DNA of 64,000 nt from Octopus vulgaris (GCA_951406725.2 OX597821.1:24552001-24616000); one strand, 5' to 3'. Numbered from the stretch's first letter, positions 1 to 13,046 are shown. A program made the numbers and translations. The notes: generated by a model not told the origin, from the letters alone.

Positions 1-39
1 CATATACTTGAAAGAAATATGAATTAATGTCACCACCCA

Positions 40-417
40 TTATTAGCTCCACCTTAGCGACGGCAGAGGTATTGCCTTCACTCGTGTTTGTTTGTTTGTT
101 TGTTTGTCCGTGGACAAGATATTTCAAGAACCGATGGATGGATTCGGATGAAACTTTCAGGAATGTTTGACCTCGTGACTGGCACGAACGGATTAGATGT
201 TGGGATTGATACGGTACCGGACAGGGATTCTGGATTATTTTTTCTGCTTTTTTTACTTAAATTTTGAGAGCGGTTGAGCTCATTTTTAATATTCTCGGTT
301 GTGAGAGCAGTCGAGTTTATTTCAGATATTCCCATTTTAAAAATCATCTCTGGATAATCGTTGAGAGAACGTTGGTGTTGTCTTGGTGGAGGTTTGTGCT
401 CTCTGAGTGCTCTTGTT
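40..417 (+). mobile_element. Non-autonomous Helentron-type element (HINE/DINE-1-like)
   Basis: Starts TTATTAGCTCCACC, has a (GTTT)n microsatellite near the 5' end, subterminal inverted partner GGTGGAGGT at 385-393, 3' hairpin GTGCTCTCTGAGTGC and a T-rich end. Confidence 0.7.
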
Positions 418-627
418 AATATTATATCATTGATAAATAGATATAAGTTATCAAAGACCAAAACAAGCGATTTGGTTTCAATTACATCTTGCAACGAGAT
501 TCATTTCATTTCTTTCTGTCTAAACACTTTGGGGAAGATATGAACTCCACATCTTCTAATTGCCTTTACACTACATGTTTATGTTTCCATGCCTCTATGA
601 TAAATCAGTGCTTAGTTATATAAATCA

Positions 628-1472
628 CTAGCAGAATTGCCCGGCGTTGCTCGGGGCTGAATTACTTGAAAGTACTGTTAATGATTGCACTGAATGATGA
701 TGATTATTCAGGCAAATATTGATATAAGTTTACGCTGGGAGATAAGGACTTAACGATCAAACGTGTGCCATTGCATTGTTTTGGGGGAACCAAATTTCTG
801 ATGAGCATTATAGGGGCACCAACTTTAAGTTTGAGAATGTGTGGTGGTAGTCTGGGGTGCTCAAAGGAATTGAGTACCTCTATTGGATAGTTGATGACGT
901 CCTCTGGGTCAGGAGTAGTATCGATAGACTGATATACATAGACTTCCCCAGGAATGAGTTTTAGCATTTCATCATTAATATGGTGAACAGTTTTATTCCT
1001 TGGGACCAGTATAGCCTTTTTGCCAATCCAATCCATATTCTGATAATTAGCTTGTAGATCTTGGAACACTGCATCTCTGAGATCAGAAGGCGTCTTAACA
1101 ATCGTACAAATGGAATCGATGGCAATATTACCATTTTCATCCCCTGGTATTTTGCCTTCGCCAAGTGCAATGAGGGTGTGAGGAAATACTGCTGGTGTGA
1201 TATTACGTCGCATATGAGCACGCATATTGGTGTGAAGTTTGAGAGTTACTTCCCTTAATTTAAAAAAATGCATTAAAATGGGAAAAAATGATGGTAAATT
1301 ATTTGTAAAATCGTAGACTCATCGTAGACGCGCGCTAATACCCAGAAGGGCTCGATATGAATCACGACTATAAGATACTCGGTTTTGGTTAAACTGCATC
1401 GCAAAATGTGGGAGTAGTTAGGAATCTAAATCGGAGTAGACAGACACACAACCTTTCTTTTATATATAAAGA
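628..1472 (-). mobile_element. Internally deleted Helitron with both termini
   Basis: Minus strand starts TCTTTATATATAAAAG (1472) and ends with hairpin CCCGAGCAACGCCGGG then CTAG (628); inserted between A and T with no TSD. Confidence 0.85.
704..1273 (-). pseudogene. Pif1-family helicase fragment of Helitron RepHel
   Basis: Motifs LHTNMR, KAILVPRNKTVHHIN, LPPHILKLKVGAPIMLIRNL and CNGTRL; no Walker A or Rep domain; lies between the Helitron termini. Confidence 0.88.
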
Positions 1473-1830
1473 TTTTCGTCCTAAAAAACTTTGTATGGAG
1501 TGAATGGTTACCTCTATGGAAATATATACACACACGTTATACATACATGTGTGCATAGATGAATATATAAATACATTTAAATATCTATATACACTTTTGG
1601 GCGATCTTTCTGCTTCTTAGAGATAACTTTAGATGTTATTTTCGTCCTAAAAAACTTTGTGCGGAGTGAATGGTTACCTCTATGGAAATATATACACACA
1701 CATTATACATACATGTGTGTATAGATGAATATATAAATACATTTAAATATCTATATACACTTTTGGGCGATCTTTCTGCTTCTTAGAGATAACTTTAGAT
1801 GTTATATTCGTCCTAAATAACTTTGTATGA
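1473..1830. repeat. Tandem repeat, 166-bp unit, about 2.2 copies
   Basis: T(T/A)TTCGTCCTAAA recurs at 1473, 1639 and 1805 with near-identical units. Confidence 0.9.
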
Positions 1831-2209
1831 ATTGAAAAAGAAAATGAATTGAAATTCTAAAAGAAAGGAATTTGTTTACATACATGTGTAAAATGGCAAA
1901 TGTTTGTGCAATTGTCCGATGGAACTGATGTATTATAATGAATAGTCCTTCTTCTTGTGAATATTAATTTGATTAATATGAACTGAAAACCAGTGGTGTA
2001 GCATAGGTGATCTTCTAGCAAAAAGGATGACCAGTCTGAATGGGTCATCCCTGTCACACACACACACACACGCACCCTCACACACACGCACACACACACA
2101 CACACAGACACACACGCACACACACACACACGTTAGCTTACAATGTCTGTCAACAATTGACACTGTCGTATATATTACCGTGTCTATGCGTCTAAAGAGG
2201 AAGTGGGAG

Positions 2210-2750
2210 TAATAGGCAGAGTAAAGGCTTCAAAGTGAAATGTTAAAATATTGAGTTTTCTCGAATTTTGTCTTAATTGGGGGTGAAATTGAAAGAAATT
2301 TTGTATGGCATGACCCAATGGAAGTTCTTTGAAAAATCATAGGTAAAGTCTAATTGAAGAAATTGTGTGAGGAGTAAATCGTTATGTATTTATTTGTTTC
2401 TGTTTGCTGCTTTTTTTTTGAGTAGTGTTGTAAGGTAGACTTGCAAAGAGAAAGTCGTAGAAATAAGAATGATAGCGTGAGTGAATCAGATCGCTCCCTT
2501 TTTGTGTGTGTGTGTGTGTGTGCGAGTTCTGTAGCCCACACTAAGAAATGCATTTGACTTATACACCACAATGTGAGTTTTCTCTAAATTTTGCTTAATT
2601 GGAGTTGAAATTTTAAAAACTGGACCTGGCATGACCCGATGCATTCTACTCTTAAAATGCTAGGTAAATTGTAATTGAAGAAATCCTATATTGTAGATTT
2701 CTATAAGATACAAAGGGAGGCAGATAAAATCTGCCTTTTATAATAAGAGA
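2210..2750 (-). mobile_element. Second Helitron-like 5' portion
   Basis: Minus-strand start TCTCTTATTATAAAAGGCAG at 2750, preceded by A, with hairpin GGCAGAT-AAA-ATCTGCC; internal boundary approximate. Confidence 0.5.
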
Positions 2751-2929
2751 TAACATCATGTCATACGGGTATATCATGGATCCAGTTTGAACCTTCTCCA
2801 TCCATTTTATGCAAATAAGAATAATAACGATAATGATTTCCTTATAAAACACCAATGATTTACAAACATGTAGAGAACGATACAGAATAATGCAATATAA
2901 TATGATTCGATAATATATATGGCATTAAA

Positions 2930-3860
2930 TAGAAGTAAACAGTAGAAATAACCAACAAAGAAATAACAATTTAAACAAAAACATCTCGAACGTGTGGTGG
3001 GGAGATATTCAAGGCAAGTGGCCTCTCCCTATCTTCTCTCTCTCTACAGATGCATGCTTAGAGCAAGCCCGTTCACTTGGAACATTCTTGCCCTCTAACC
3101 TACTTTTCAACAAATTTTCTGGAAGGCAGTACTTACCTCTCCGCCCTCGCTTTCTTTTTCAAATGAAACTTGAAACTTTTGATGAGAGTTTGGCTAAAGA
3201 AGAATGCGTCTGTCATCAATCATTTCATTCTGGTCCACCACATAACCACTTTAGCTAAGATCACCAGGCAGATAAACACTACTTGTCCTTCCTGACCAAA
3301 TGAATGCAAGGAGACTCACTTCACAATCGACTCGACTGATAGACGGATCCGCCGCGTACGAGGTTTAGAGGAGAGAAAGAGCGACTACGTTCTCAAGGAG
3401 ACTCTGGGCGTCAGTGAGAATCAACTGGCTGGTCTCCGGAGGACTTTCAGTACGGGGCCGATGGATAATTTCCAGAAACCTCTGTCCTGACTGTGCTACC
3501 GGGGTGCATTGCCGGGGTGCATTGCCCAACAGACATGGAAGTACCATCAATCGACCGGTCTGAGATGCGAACAGAATTACGAAACTTCAGCACGCACTCG
3601 TCGAGTGCTTGAGTATGGCTGACTTAAGAGTTATGTCGAATACCTGTGGTCCCTCACTGAGAACGTAATCGCTCTTTCTCGCCTCTAAACCTCTATAGAA
3701 TCCTAAAATAGAACTTCCACCGACCACATTGCACAACTGATTGGGGAATGTAGGGGCTCTGTGACACTCTAGGTGCCAGGTGTCGTGCATTGGCCTACGC
3801 TTGATCCAGAACTACAGACACGAGCTGCAGAAAAGCTAGTCTTACAGTGGGATGAGCACC
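2930..3860 (-). mobile_element. Decayed Tx1-like LINE 3' fragment with internal inversion
   Basis: Translations FYRGLEARKSDYVL, GPMDNFQK, HALVEC, RLSVESIV and FHLKKKARAER match the intact ORF at 25169-26404; segment 3360-3657 is flipped to the plus strand. Confidence 0.85.
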
Positions 3861-4733
3861 AGTTCGTCACCCCTCAGCGTTGTTTTTGGGTACGTCCTCT
3901 GTACGGGATTTGACTGTACCGAACTATTTTCATTTGGTTATATATTTTTTGGTGTCCCAGATTGATCTGAAACACTTTTCAATTGGCTGCTGTGTCGCCA
4001 GTTCTGTTTTTACTTTTTGCGACTAAAGTTTTATATACAACTATTCTGAGATCGGTTTCTAGCTGGACGGATTATAGGATTTCATGAGAATACTTTTTGC
4101 ATTTTAAAAAAAATCTTCCAAATTTAGAACTATTTTCCTCACTATAGAGCGAGTCGCGTCGGCGAAACCGCTAAAATTAGAATTGCTCGTTGTTTTCATT
4201 TTTGTATTGGTGTAATGGTGTCGGTGATAATGGAGGTGGAACTTGCAGGTGTGTTGAATCGAAAATTGATGTTTTTCTTTGTTGTACGGTCCCATTTTTG
4301 TCGTTTTCAATTTCGTTGTTGCTATTATGTTTTCATTTTTCATTTGTCTTGTCATTGTAGTTATTGTTGCTACTGTTATTGTTGTTGTTTAGGTTGGTTT
4401 GGTTATGATAGTGGTGGTGGGGGTTGATGCTGTTCTGCTACAGTGCCACAAAGTCGGTATCAAAACAGCTGTTCCCATCTCTAGTTTCATACCGTGGGAA
4501 TTTGCCGAAAAATTGAACGCCAGGTTTTGTTGTTTTTAAGAAGTGAATTGATTTTTAGAATATAACACGAATTTCACACCGAAGGGCACGCAAATGAAGA
4601 AGCCAACTAACCCCAGAGGATGCAAGTTAGATTATTAGAAAGATGGTACGGCAAAAATACAAATATCTTACTTTAAAATAACGAAATTCAACAATACCTC
4701 ACGAGCTTAGAAAAGATGTCTCTTACAAGCAAA

Positions 4734-4777
4734 ACAACAACAACAACAACAACAACAACAATAACAATAACAATAAC

Positions 4778-4820
<43 letters not shown>
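4734..4820. repeat. (AAC)n(AAT)n microsatellite
   Basis: Direct reading. Confidence 0.95.
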
Positions 4821-5039
4821 GTCAAGACAAAGAGCGCGATTCGATTGTAATAGATATTTCATTGGTTGATTATATTTCAACAGTAAGTCTGTTTTGTCAA
4901 GTTCAAAATAAGAAGTGATAAAAATTCAAAATAAATACAATAGCTTATAGACATACTCTGAATGTATATAAATCTTAAATATTTTTTTTCTACACTTAAG
5001 ACCATCAGAAATGTTAAGAATTCAGCCTCTACCCACGTT

Positions 5040-5275
5040 GTCATGCTTTTTTTAAAAGGTTATAGTTCTGTCATGGTGTTGTGATACGACACGAACATTC
5101 CTGTAGTGGTCGGATGGCACGGGGGCCAAGCCTCGGACGAATTTTAAAGACGGGCAATGTTGATGGAATATTTTCCACATCATACAGATGGTATAGAGCT
5201 CATAGCAGCGGTGGAGAGAGCAAAGCCTGATATTTTTGAGTCGATCCCAATAGTCAAGGCTTGTCAAGTCATCCT
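5040..5275 (-). mobile_element. CR1/L2-type LINE C-terminal fragment
   Basis: LDYWDRLKNIRLCSLHRCYELYTICMMWKIFH resembles the L.Y.ERL..L.L.SL..RR..WKI motif downstream of the RT domain. Confidence 0.65.
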
Positions 5276-5329
5276 CCGCAGACCTCTCCCAAGCAGTTCA
5301 TTTTAAGATAGATACACGAGTAAAATTAC

Positions 5330-6080
5330 TAATAGAGAAACGAAAATAAACTTTGGAATCAGCAACGCCACCATAGGTTATGTGGAAATGATGAACGTGT
5401 TTTCAAGGGAGATAATCAAAGAACATAACATTGTAAGGAAACGAACATTGAAGTATCTGCACGCTGTGCCTTGAAACACGGCCGCAAGAGAGGTAAGCCC
5501 TGTTCATTGTGCAACAACATGAGTAAAGTGAATCCCTGCAGGAAACATAGCAAAAATGTTATGATTTATACAGAGGGTGGGACATGTAGAGATTCCCATT
5601 TGGTGTACGCTGCAGAATGCATGAAACACAACTTGATTTATGTTTGTTGTACAACAGAACAATTAAACAAAAGGTTTAATGGGCACAGATTCGACGTCAG
5701 GCACAATAGCAGTAGTTCGACAGAACTTGCTGAACATTTCGTTTCAAGCGGCTTCAATTTTGAAGAAGACTTGAAAGCGCATATTCTCGGAAAATATTCT
5801 GGATCTGCTTCGCTTTCACTTCTCAGAATGTAATGAAGAGAAATATGTTTGTGGATTATTAATATCACACCCTGGTGGAATGAATAAGATGACAGGAGAA
5901 TTATCATCAAATTTATACAAAACTGTTTGATTAAATATTCTTCTTCTTCTTCTCTTATTTCTTTCCTTTTTTGTGTCGTCTTCTTTTTTCTGTTGTTTTT
6001 TCTTTTCGCCTGTTATAAAATCGAATCTTAAAAACTGATGATGTCGTTCCATCAACGAGTGGACGCTGGTTGCTTTCGTT
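5330..6080 (+). mobile_element. Penelope-like element 3' remnant with GIY-YIG endonuclease pseudogene
   Basis: ORF 5471-5833: Cys-rich linker then LVYAAEC..HNLIYV..T...LNKRFNGHRFDVR...LAEHF; frameshifted PGGMN end; decayed CTGATGA motif at about 6035. Confidence 0.8.
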
Positions 6081-6169
6081 CATGCTTTACGTTTAAATTT
6101 CTATAATTTTGAATTTTTATCACTTCTTATTTTGAACTTGACAAAGACAGACTTACTGTTGAAATATCG

Positions 6170-6545
6170 TTCAACCAATGAAATATCTATTAGAATCGAA
6201 TCGCGCTCTTCGTCTTGACTGTTTACCTTTGTGAAGGGTTACGTCAATCCTTGCTATATTGTTATGGTGTCTCATATTCTTTCTGGGATAGTGTCGTACA
6301 TTGACTGATAATATCCCATACCGTTTCACCATTGCGTTCACAAATTCTGCACTTATCAATTTCTGATATGTTGTCTATTTTGTATTTGATATAATTCATT
6401 CTTAGTGCTTGCTCTTGGGGAGCACAGATTAGAGCGTCCGTTTCCGGTTTTCAATCACTTTTAGTCATCCATAGCCATCTTTTTACTCAGTCTGTCTTTT
6501 CTTCAATATCCCTATGAAATTGTCCATCCGTTCTTTTCTTTACTC
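6170..6545 (-). mobile_element. R4/Dong-clade LINE fragment (zinc-knuckle region)
   Basis: Minus translation PETDALICAPQEQALRMNYIKYKIDNISEIDKCRICERNGETVWDIISQC...HNNIARI. Confidence 0.8.
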
Positions 6546-6546
6546 G

Positions 6547-6600
<54 letters not shown>

Positions 6601-6634
6601 CATCATCACCACCACCACCACCACCACCACCACC

Positions 6635-6690
<56 letters not shown>
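6547..6690. repeat. (CAT)n(CAC)n(CAT)n compound microsatellite
   Basis: Direct reading; explains the poly-His, poly-Met and poly-Asp ORFs. Confidence 0.95.
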
Positions 6691-6719
6691 TTTCATATAC
6701 ACTCACAAATTAGACTGTT

Positions 6720-7818
6720 GGAAAAGAAAAAAATCCTAACATCGGGCTACAAGTAACATTAGATGCGCAGAACCTTCCTAAGTATCCTGGCTGTCCCTAA
6801 TAACACTGTTTTCTGGAGCTGTACTAAACTGCGTTTTATGCCTATTTCCTCTATCCATCTGTTCAGATCTTTGGAGATAGTTCCCAATGCAACTATAACT
6901 ACTGGGATTCATTTTATCCGCACTTTCCATAATCTCTATAATTCAATAGCTAAGGCCTAGTACTTTGCTATTTTTCTATACCCCTCATATTAATTTTTTT
7001 CAACATTTGGGACTGTAAAGTCAATTATCTTGCACTTTCTATTCTCTTTACTATTATTAGGCATTCAAGCTTCTATTACTCAGCCAGTCTGAATGTTAAA
7101 GCCTCACAATATCTTATATTTCTTACTTTCTAGTAAGTTACTAGGTTCATGTTCATACCATTTGTCAGTATGTTCAAATCCTAGATTTTTACATTGCTCC
7201 CAGCGGATTACTCTCCCTAGGTTGTCATGTCATTTCTTGTATTTTCTCTGTGCCAGTATGCTTCATTCACTTACTATATGAGTAACACTTTCCTCTTTTG
7301 ATTTGCATAATCTACATTGGGAATCTACTTGGTTTATGTCTATCTTGGCTGTTATCCAATTAGTCCATAATGCATCATCTTATGCAGCTACTAACAAACT
7401 TTCTGTCTCCCGCTTCAGCTTCCCTTTCTGCAACCATAACCATGTCTCACTATTACTCTTTGCTGTAAACTATCTTTGGAAATCTACCATGCAACGCTTT
7501 CTCCTGCCAGTCAGAAAATTTCTGTTCTTCTTTTTTCTGATTCTTAAGTTTGTTTGGGGTTTCGATTTCCCTATGTCTGCCTTGCTATGACTCCAGCAGC
7601 TTTTAATAAACTTTCTTCATTATTAGCTATATAGGAGTCTATAACTACTTTAGCTAACTCCATGCAGTCTTCTACTGATATTAACCCTCTTCCGCCTTCC
7701 TTTCTAGGTAGGCATAATCTTGCTACTCCTATCCTTGGGTGGAATCCTCCATTCATATTGAATTCCCTCCTGGCTCTTCTGTCTAGCTTTGCTAATTCAG
7801 TTTTTGTCCAATCTAGAA
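6720..7818 (-). mobile_element. R4/Dong-clade LINE 3' half (decayed)
   Basis: WTKTELAKLDRRARR..FHPR..RLCLPRKEGGRGLISVEDC, an IIDFTVP RLE motif and terminal LQKTVLLGTARILRKVL. Confidence 0.85.
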
Positions 7819-7820
7819 AA

Positions 7821-8430
7821 GCTCGTGATTGGTATGCCAAGTTCAAAAATAGAAATTTTGACCTCAAAGACGCACCTCGTTCTGGCCGTTCAGTTGAGTT
7901 CGATGAAGAGCGATCAAACCAACTTTTGCACAAAAATTCTCGTCAAACGACAAGGGAACTGTCAGAGAAAATGGAATGCTCCCACACTGCTATAGAGAAT
8001 CATCTTCACTCGATGGGAGAAGTTCAGAAGTGTAGAACATGGGTTCCACATGCTTTAAGTGACAATAACAAAAATCAACGAGCTACAATCTCCGCTGCAT
8101 TGCTTGTTCGTCACCGCTCAACTCATGGACACAAGCAGCGATTTCTTTACCGAATCGTTACTGGTGACGAAAAATAGTGCCTTTACATCAATATGAAGCA
8201 ACGTAAAGAATGGCTTAGCCACGGTAAACAAGCGTGAAACAAGATCTTCATCCGTGTAAGACGATGTTGTGCATATGGTGGGACTGGGAAGGAATTATCC
8301 ATTACGAATTGCTTGAACGGAACCAAATTGTCAACGCGGAACTCTATGTTCAACAAGTGGAACGACTCAACACGGCTATTCAAGATAAAAGACCTAATCG
8401 GCAGCATGGAGTTCTTCTGCTGCAGGGCAA
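7821..8430 (+). pseudogene. Mariner (Mos1-like) transposase fragment
   Basis: DAPRSGR, WVPHAL, RIVTGDEK, LHPCKTMLCIWWD..GIIHYELL; in-frame stop and frameshift. Confidence 0.92.
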
Positions 8431-8653
8431 CACATTTAACAATGTGTATATGTAGCTATGTATCTACTTCTCTTGCAATGAACGCCGTCACCACTCATTG
8501 TTTCCTTCACTCTCTCTCTCTTTCTCTCTCACTCTATCTCCCTCTCTTACTTCCTCTCTGGCCTCTTCTCTCTCGCTTTGCCACTTCTTTGAAGTGTGAC
8601 ACACCACAGGTAGGTACATAAACAAAAAGTTAACGTATTGATATTATTGTTAC

Positions 8654-8779
<126 letters not shown>

Positions 8780-8941
8780 GCACATACACATACACATACA
8801 CATACACACATACACACACATATATAAGAGGTATTGGTATTTAGAAGACCCAAAGAGTCTATATATCCTTCTATATTCCCTATCTCCTCCTTTTCCATAA
8901 TAATTTGAACTCAAATATTTCCTCTATTTAACCTCACACCA

Positions 8942-8987
8942 TCTCTGATGAAGGGATATTCATAATATCCCAGAAACAGCTGTAAGA
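8942..8987 (+). ncRNA. Minimal type I hammerhead ribozyme
   Basis: TCT-CTGATGA-A-GGGATATT(CAT)AATATCCC-A-GAAAC-AGCT-GTA-AGA: intact core, 8-bp stem II, palindromic stem III loop, GUA triplet. Confidence 0.8.
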
Positions 8988-9808
8988 CTTTTTCCTTATA
9001 AATGTCCTGAAAACTTCTTACAGTCTTGGCTTTGTCATCTCATTCTGTCTAATATATGCACACACACACATATATTATATTATATTATATTATATTATAT
9101 TATATTATATTAATTTTTATCATATTAAAATATGCATAATACATATAAAAATTAACTTGAAAACTTCCATTGGAAAAATGGAGAAATTTAAATATAATAT
9201 TAGATTATATAATAACTATATAGTGAACAAAAATGACCAATATAGAAACAGAGTAGTAGAAACGATAAAGATAGACCTTAAACTAACGCATATCCTGATA
9301 TTGATAATAACAACATAAACATACATATATTAACATATATTACACTCCAGACATAAACCAAAAGCAGGTTATGACTAAAATCAGAAAAATATAAATAATA
9401 AATTAGCCATTGATCAGATAAATAAGAACATGAAAGCTTGCAATAATAATAGCAACATTAACACTAATTACAATATAAAAATGAAATTAAAAATTGCATA
9501 CCTTATATGAATCCACTATAACAAACGATGTTAATCTCAATTCTAGTAAAAATGAAATAAAGGAGAATATTATCTGGTTAATATTGCCCTTCGCTAAGCA
9601 AGTAAAAACAAACGTAAAGCTACACGTCGGGTAATAAACAGACACTCCTCTCATAATGAAACAAATATAATGACATAATTCAGAATAGGCATTTTAGATT
9701 TGGTCATTCTGTTTCCCGGAATTTGTTTAGATATATATCTTCTATGAATTATGCAAAAATTTGACAATTTTTACTCTAAGCGAAAACATAAAATTCCCAG
9801 TAATCTTT

Positions 9809-9935
9809 TTGAATAAATTTACTCTTTATTATTGCAAGATATTTATGTAATTTTGGTAAATACATCTGTTAAAATGAGAATCGGCCTTTTTTTTTCATTC
9901 TTGCGTAATTTAGATGACAATCTATTCACCTCACC

Positions 9936-9996
<61 letters not shown>

Positions 9997-10200
9997 CGTG
10001 TGCGGCTGTGTGTTTTATAAACACACGCACGCACGCACGCACACACACATATATACATACACACAAGGTGTTTCGTTTATGGGAGGATACCAACTAAGTA
10101 CTCTAGCGGAAGATAAATAACAATCAATAAGCAAGATGCACAGCATTAACTCCTACGTATATCAAATAATATACATACATATATAGTGTTATAGTGCATG

Positions 10201-10295
<95 letters not shown>

Positions 10296-10385
10296 TTATA
10301 TATATATGTATATATATATATATATATATACATATATATATTTCTACATATATATATAAACATATATATACATATATATACATAT

Positions 10386-10456
<71 letters not shown>

Positions 10457-10856
10457 CATACATAATTAACAGGAGTGACCACTAAAGTGGACACCAAATA
10501 TGCTAAGCTTAAAACGTCAAATCGCCAAGCCACTGGTTTTAATTGATTAATATCGACTCCTACCTTTATTTCATTATATATATGTATATATATATATACA
10601 TGCATGTACGCATATATGTGCATATGTCTTTGCGAAAAATCATTGCACATACCCTTCACGGATTATGTATTTGTATATAGATATATGTATATACGTGTAT
10701 ATATACATTCATGCATACCTACCTACCGACATACATACATACATACATACATACATACATACATACATACATACATACATACACATATACATGCACAGAC
10801 ACACACACATATACATACATATATGGTGGCTGCCCCCTCGTTATCGAATATGGCCA
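9809..10856. repeat. Inverted segmental duplicate of 14708-15705 (and of about 19597-20586)
   Basis: Unique segments and intervening microsatellites occur in the same order in reverse complement. Confidence 0.92.
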
Positions 10857-11699
10857 AAGTCGACCACGGCAGAATTAGAACTCAGAATGTAAAGACAGAC
10901 GGTCATAATATACAAACATTTCTTACGGCACCACTACACTGTTTACAGATGCTTACATTTTTAACGTTTCCCGTGAATTTTCACGGGTCCAGCTAGTATA
11001 TATTAATATACATACATAAATATAAATGCATATACACACTGATACGTGTGTTAATAGTATTCAGTCAATTCGAGGATGTCTGGTCCTCATTAGTTATTAA
11101 ATAATCCAAACATTTCACCGGTGAATCACTGTCATATAAGGAGAAAGTCTCGGCGATATGTTAGGGATTATTATAGTGATACATATTGTTAATAAGGATG
11201 AAAGAAGAACATGGAGAATTATGCATGAATAAATAATTTATTTGTATGATATAATGAGGCTGAAAGTATTTTTTTATAAAAACAATGCTAATAAATCATA
11301 AATTATAAAGCTCTAAAACAAATGGTAGATGCCAAAAACCTACATATATGTTTCGATTCATGTCCCTATGTGATTAGTAATTCTAGGCATAGAGTAAATT
11401 AAATTATATTATAATTCATATTTGTTAAATTACCTTTAAATATCAACACTCGGTTTAACTACTAAACAGTCCTAATCTACCTTAGCAAAAAAAATCGATC
11501 ATAAATACAAATACTGCGCTTTTTCTTTATATAACGTAATGCACTATTCCTACATGTAATGAAATGATCTCCGATTTACTTACTTATTTAGTTAATAATT
11601 AATAATTAAAGATATATTATGCTACAAAACAACTTGTTTGACCTTCCCATAGGCCTCCCTTTTGAGAAACACTGATTTAACCCAAATTTGAGACACCAG

Positions 11700-12108
11700 C
11701 AAAAGAAGAAATAAAGATAGATTTTTTCTAGTCCAAAGAAAAACGATTTTATTCACACAAATATGCAACCGAAGAGTTTAAAGTACCAGTAATGATAAAG
11801 CTGTTGACTGGGAGAACACAAACATGGTTTAATTAGTAAGCTTGGCAGGAAAGAAACGTGCCTTTAAGCAGTACAAAAACAACGAAAAATGGAAGGTGTA
11901 GTTATGTACAGGTTGACGGAAGAAAGGTAGGACAAAAACGGCTTTAACGATCGCATTCTCACCTGGAATCGATTTTTGTAATTCTTTCAAGACTATACAC
12001 GCCCTGATACAGTCGGTATCTACATATCAAATTTCAGCGCAATCGGATGGAGGATGCCCGAGATCCTAGAAGACACACAGACAGACAGAACGGATTGTAT
12101 ATAATAGA
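11700..12108 (-). mobile_element. Helitron-like 5' fragment (duplicated at about 16585-16992)
   Basis: Minus start TCTATTATATA followed by (CTGT)n and CCGATTGCGCTGAAATTTGATATG; 3' limit uncertain. Confidence 0.55.
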
Positions 12109-12332
12109 TATGACATGAACGCTACTCATCTATACATCTCCTGAACTGTATCTATTACCAAACCATTGAAAATGATTCACCTACAACAGTCGACCAATAA
12201 TTTTTTACGATCTAGCTTATCCTTCACTTATTTTATTATATAATCCTTTCCTTGCCCATTTAAGTATTGCTTTTTCCTTTTATTTAAATTTATATACTAT
12301 TTTACATACATTAATATTTTTCTTTAGATATA

Positions 12333-12753
12333 CTCTTTTACTCTTTACTCTTTTACTTGTTTCAGTCATTTGACTGCTGCCATGCTGGAGCACCGCCTTT
12401 AATTGAGCAACTCGACCCCGGGACTTATTCTTTTGTAAGCCCAGTACTTATTTCATCGGTCTCTTTTGCCGAACCGCTAAGTAATTGAGACGTAAACACA
12501 CCAGCATCGGTTGTCAAGCAATGCTAGGAGAACAAACACAGACACACAAACATACACACACACACACACATATATATATATACATATATACGACGGGCTT
12601 CTTTCAGTTTCCGCCTACCAAATCCACTCACAAGGCATTGGTCGGCCCGGGGCTATAGCAGAAGACACTTGCCCAAGGTGCCACGCAGTGGGACTGAACC
12701 CGGAACCATGTGGTTGGTAAGCAAGCTACTTACCACACAGCCACTCCTGCGCC
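12333..12753 (-). mobile_element. tRNA-derived SINE, family A (full length)
   Basis: Head GGCGCAGGAGTGGCTGTGTGG with B-box GGTTCAGTCCC, internal TA/TG microsatellite, tail CAGTCAAATGACTGAAACAAGT(AAAAGAGT)n; many copies in the window. Confidence 0.92.
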
Positions 12754-12916
12754 TATCTTTCTTTGTATGCTATTTATTTTTACTCACATCTATAATTCAG
12801 AAGCTGAATACTTACGCATAAAATATATGATTTAACTTCTTAAACCTATTAGTAATTCATATGCATCCTTTCAAGAAATATGTTAACCTTTGTTGTGTAA
12901 GTTCATATAAACTCAT

Positions 12917-13046
12917 ACAACCCTGATGAGATTTTACCCCATATAGTTGAAAATGATGAAGTATTTTTAGCACAATACCCAATCCAAAAGCTTAGAATTA
13001 CTAATGACCCAGGGGCATAAATCGAAACATATATGTTAGCTTTTGG
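12917..13046 (+). ncRNA. Decayed hammerhead ribozyme with long stem II insert (copy at about 17804-17933; inverted half-copy 11302-11388)
   Basis: AACC-CTGATGA-GATTT..CCCC...GGGG..AAATC-GAAAC-ATATAT-GT; the inverted copy keeps GTA-GGTT, which would close stem I. Confidence 0.5.

Noticed and set aside
560-612. Minus-strand hammerhead-like motif (GAAACAT..ATGTA)
   Set aside because: Core reads CTGATTT and the stem I register does not fit.
704-1273. Host PIF1 helicase gene
   Set aside because: Partial, intronless and enclosed by Helitron termini.
1473-1830. CRISPR-like array
   Set aside because: Full-length tandem units with no unique spacers; eukaryotic context, no cas genes.
5471-5833. Stand-alone GIY-YIG nuclease or homing endonuclease gene
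   Set aside because: Frameshifted, with the Cys-linker and terminal motif of Penelope elements.
6487-6756. Poly-His, poly-Asp/Gly and poly-Met ORFs
   Set aside because: Translations of a trinucleotide microsatellite.
7571-8177. Apparent LINE-mariner fusion ORFs
   Set aside because: Chance open frames across the junction of two opposite-strand relics.
10958-10995. Hairpin CCCGTGAA/TTCACGGG with GAAACGTTA on the minus strand
   Set aside because: Core lacks two bases (CTGGA) and stem I does not pair; at best a very decayed hammerhead.
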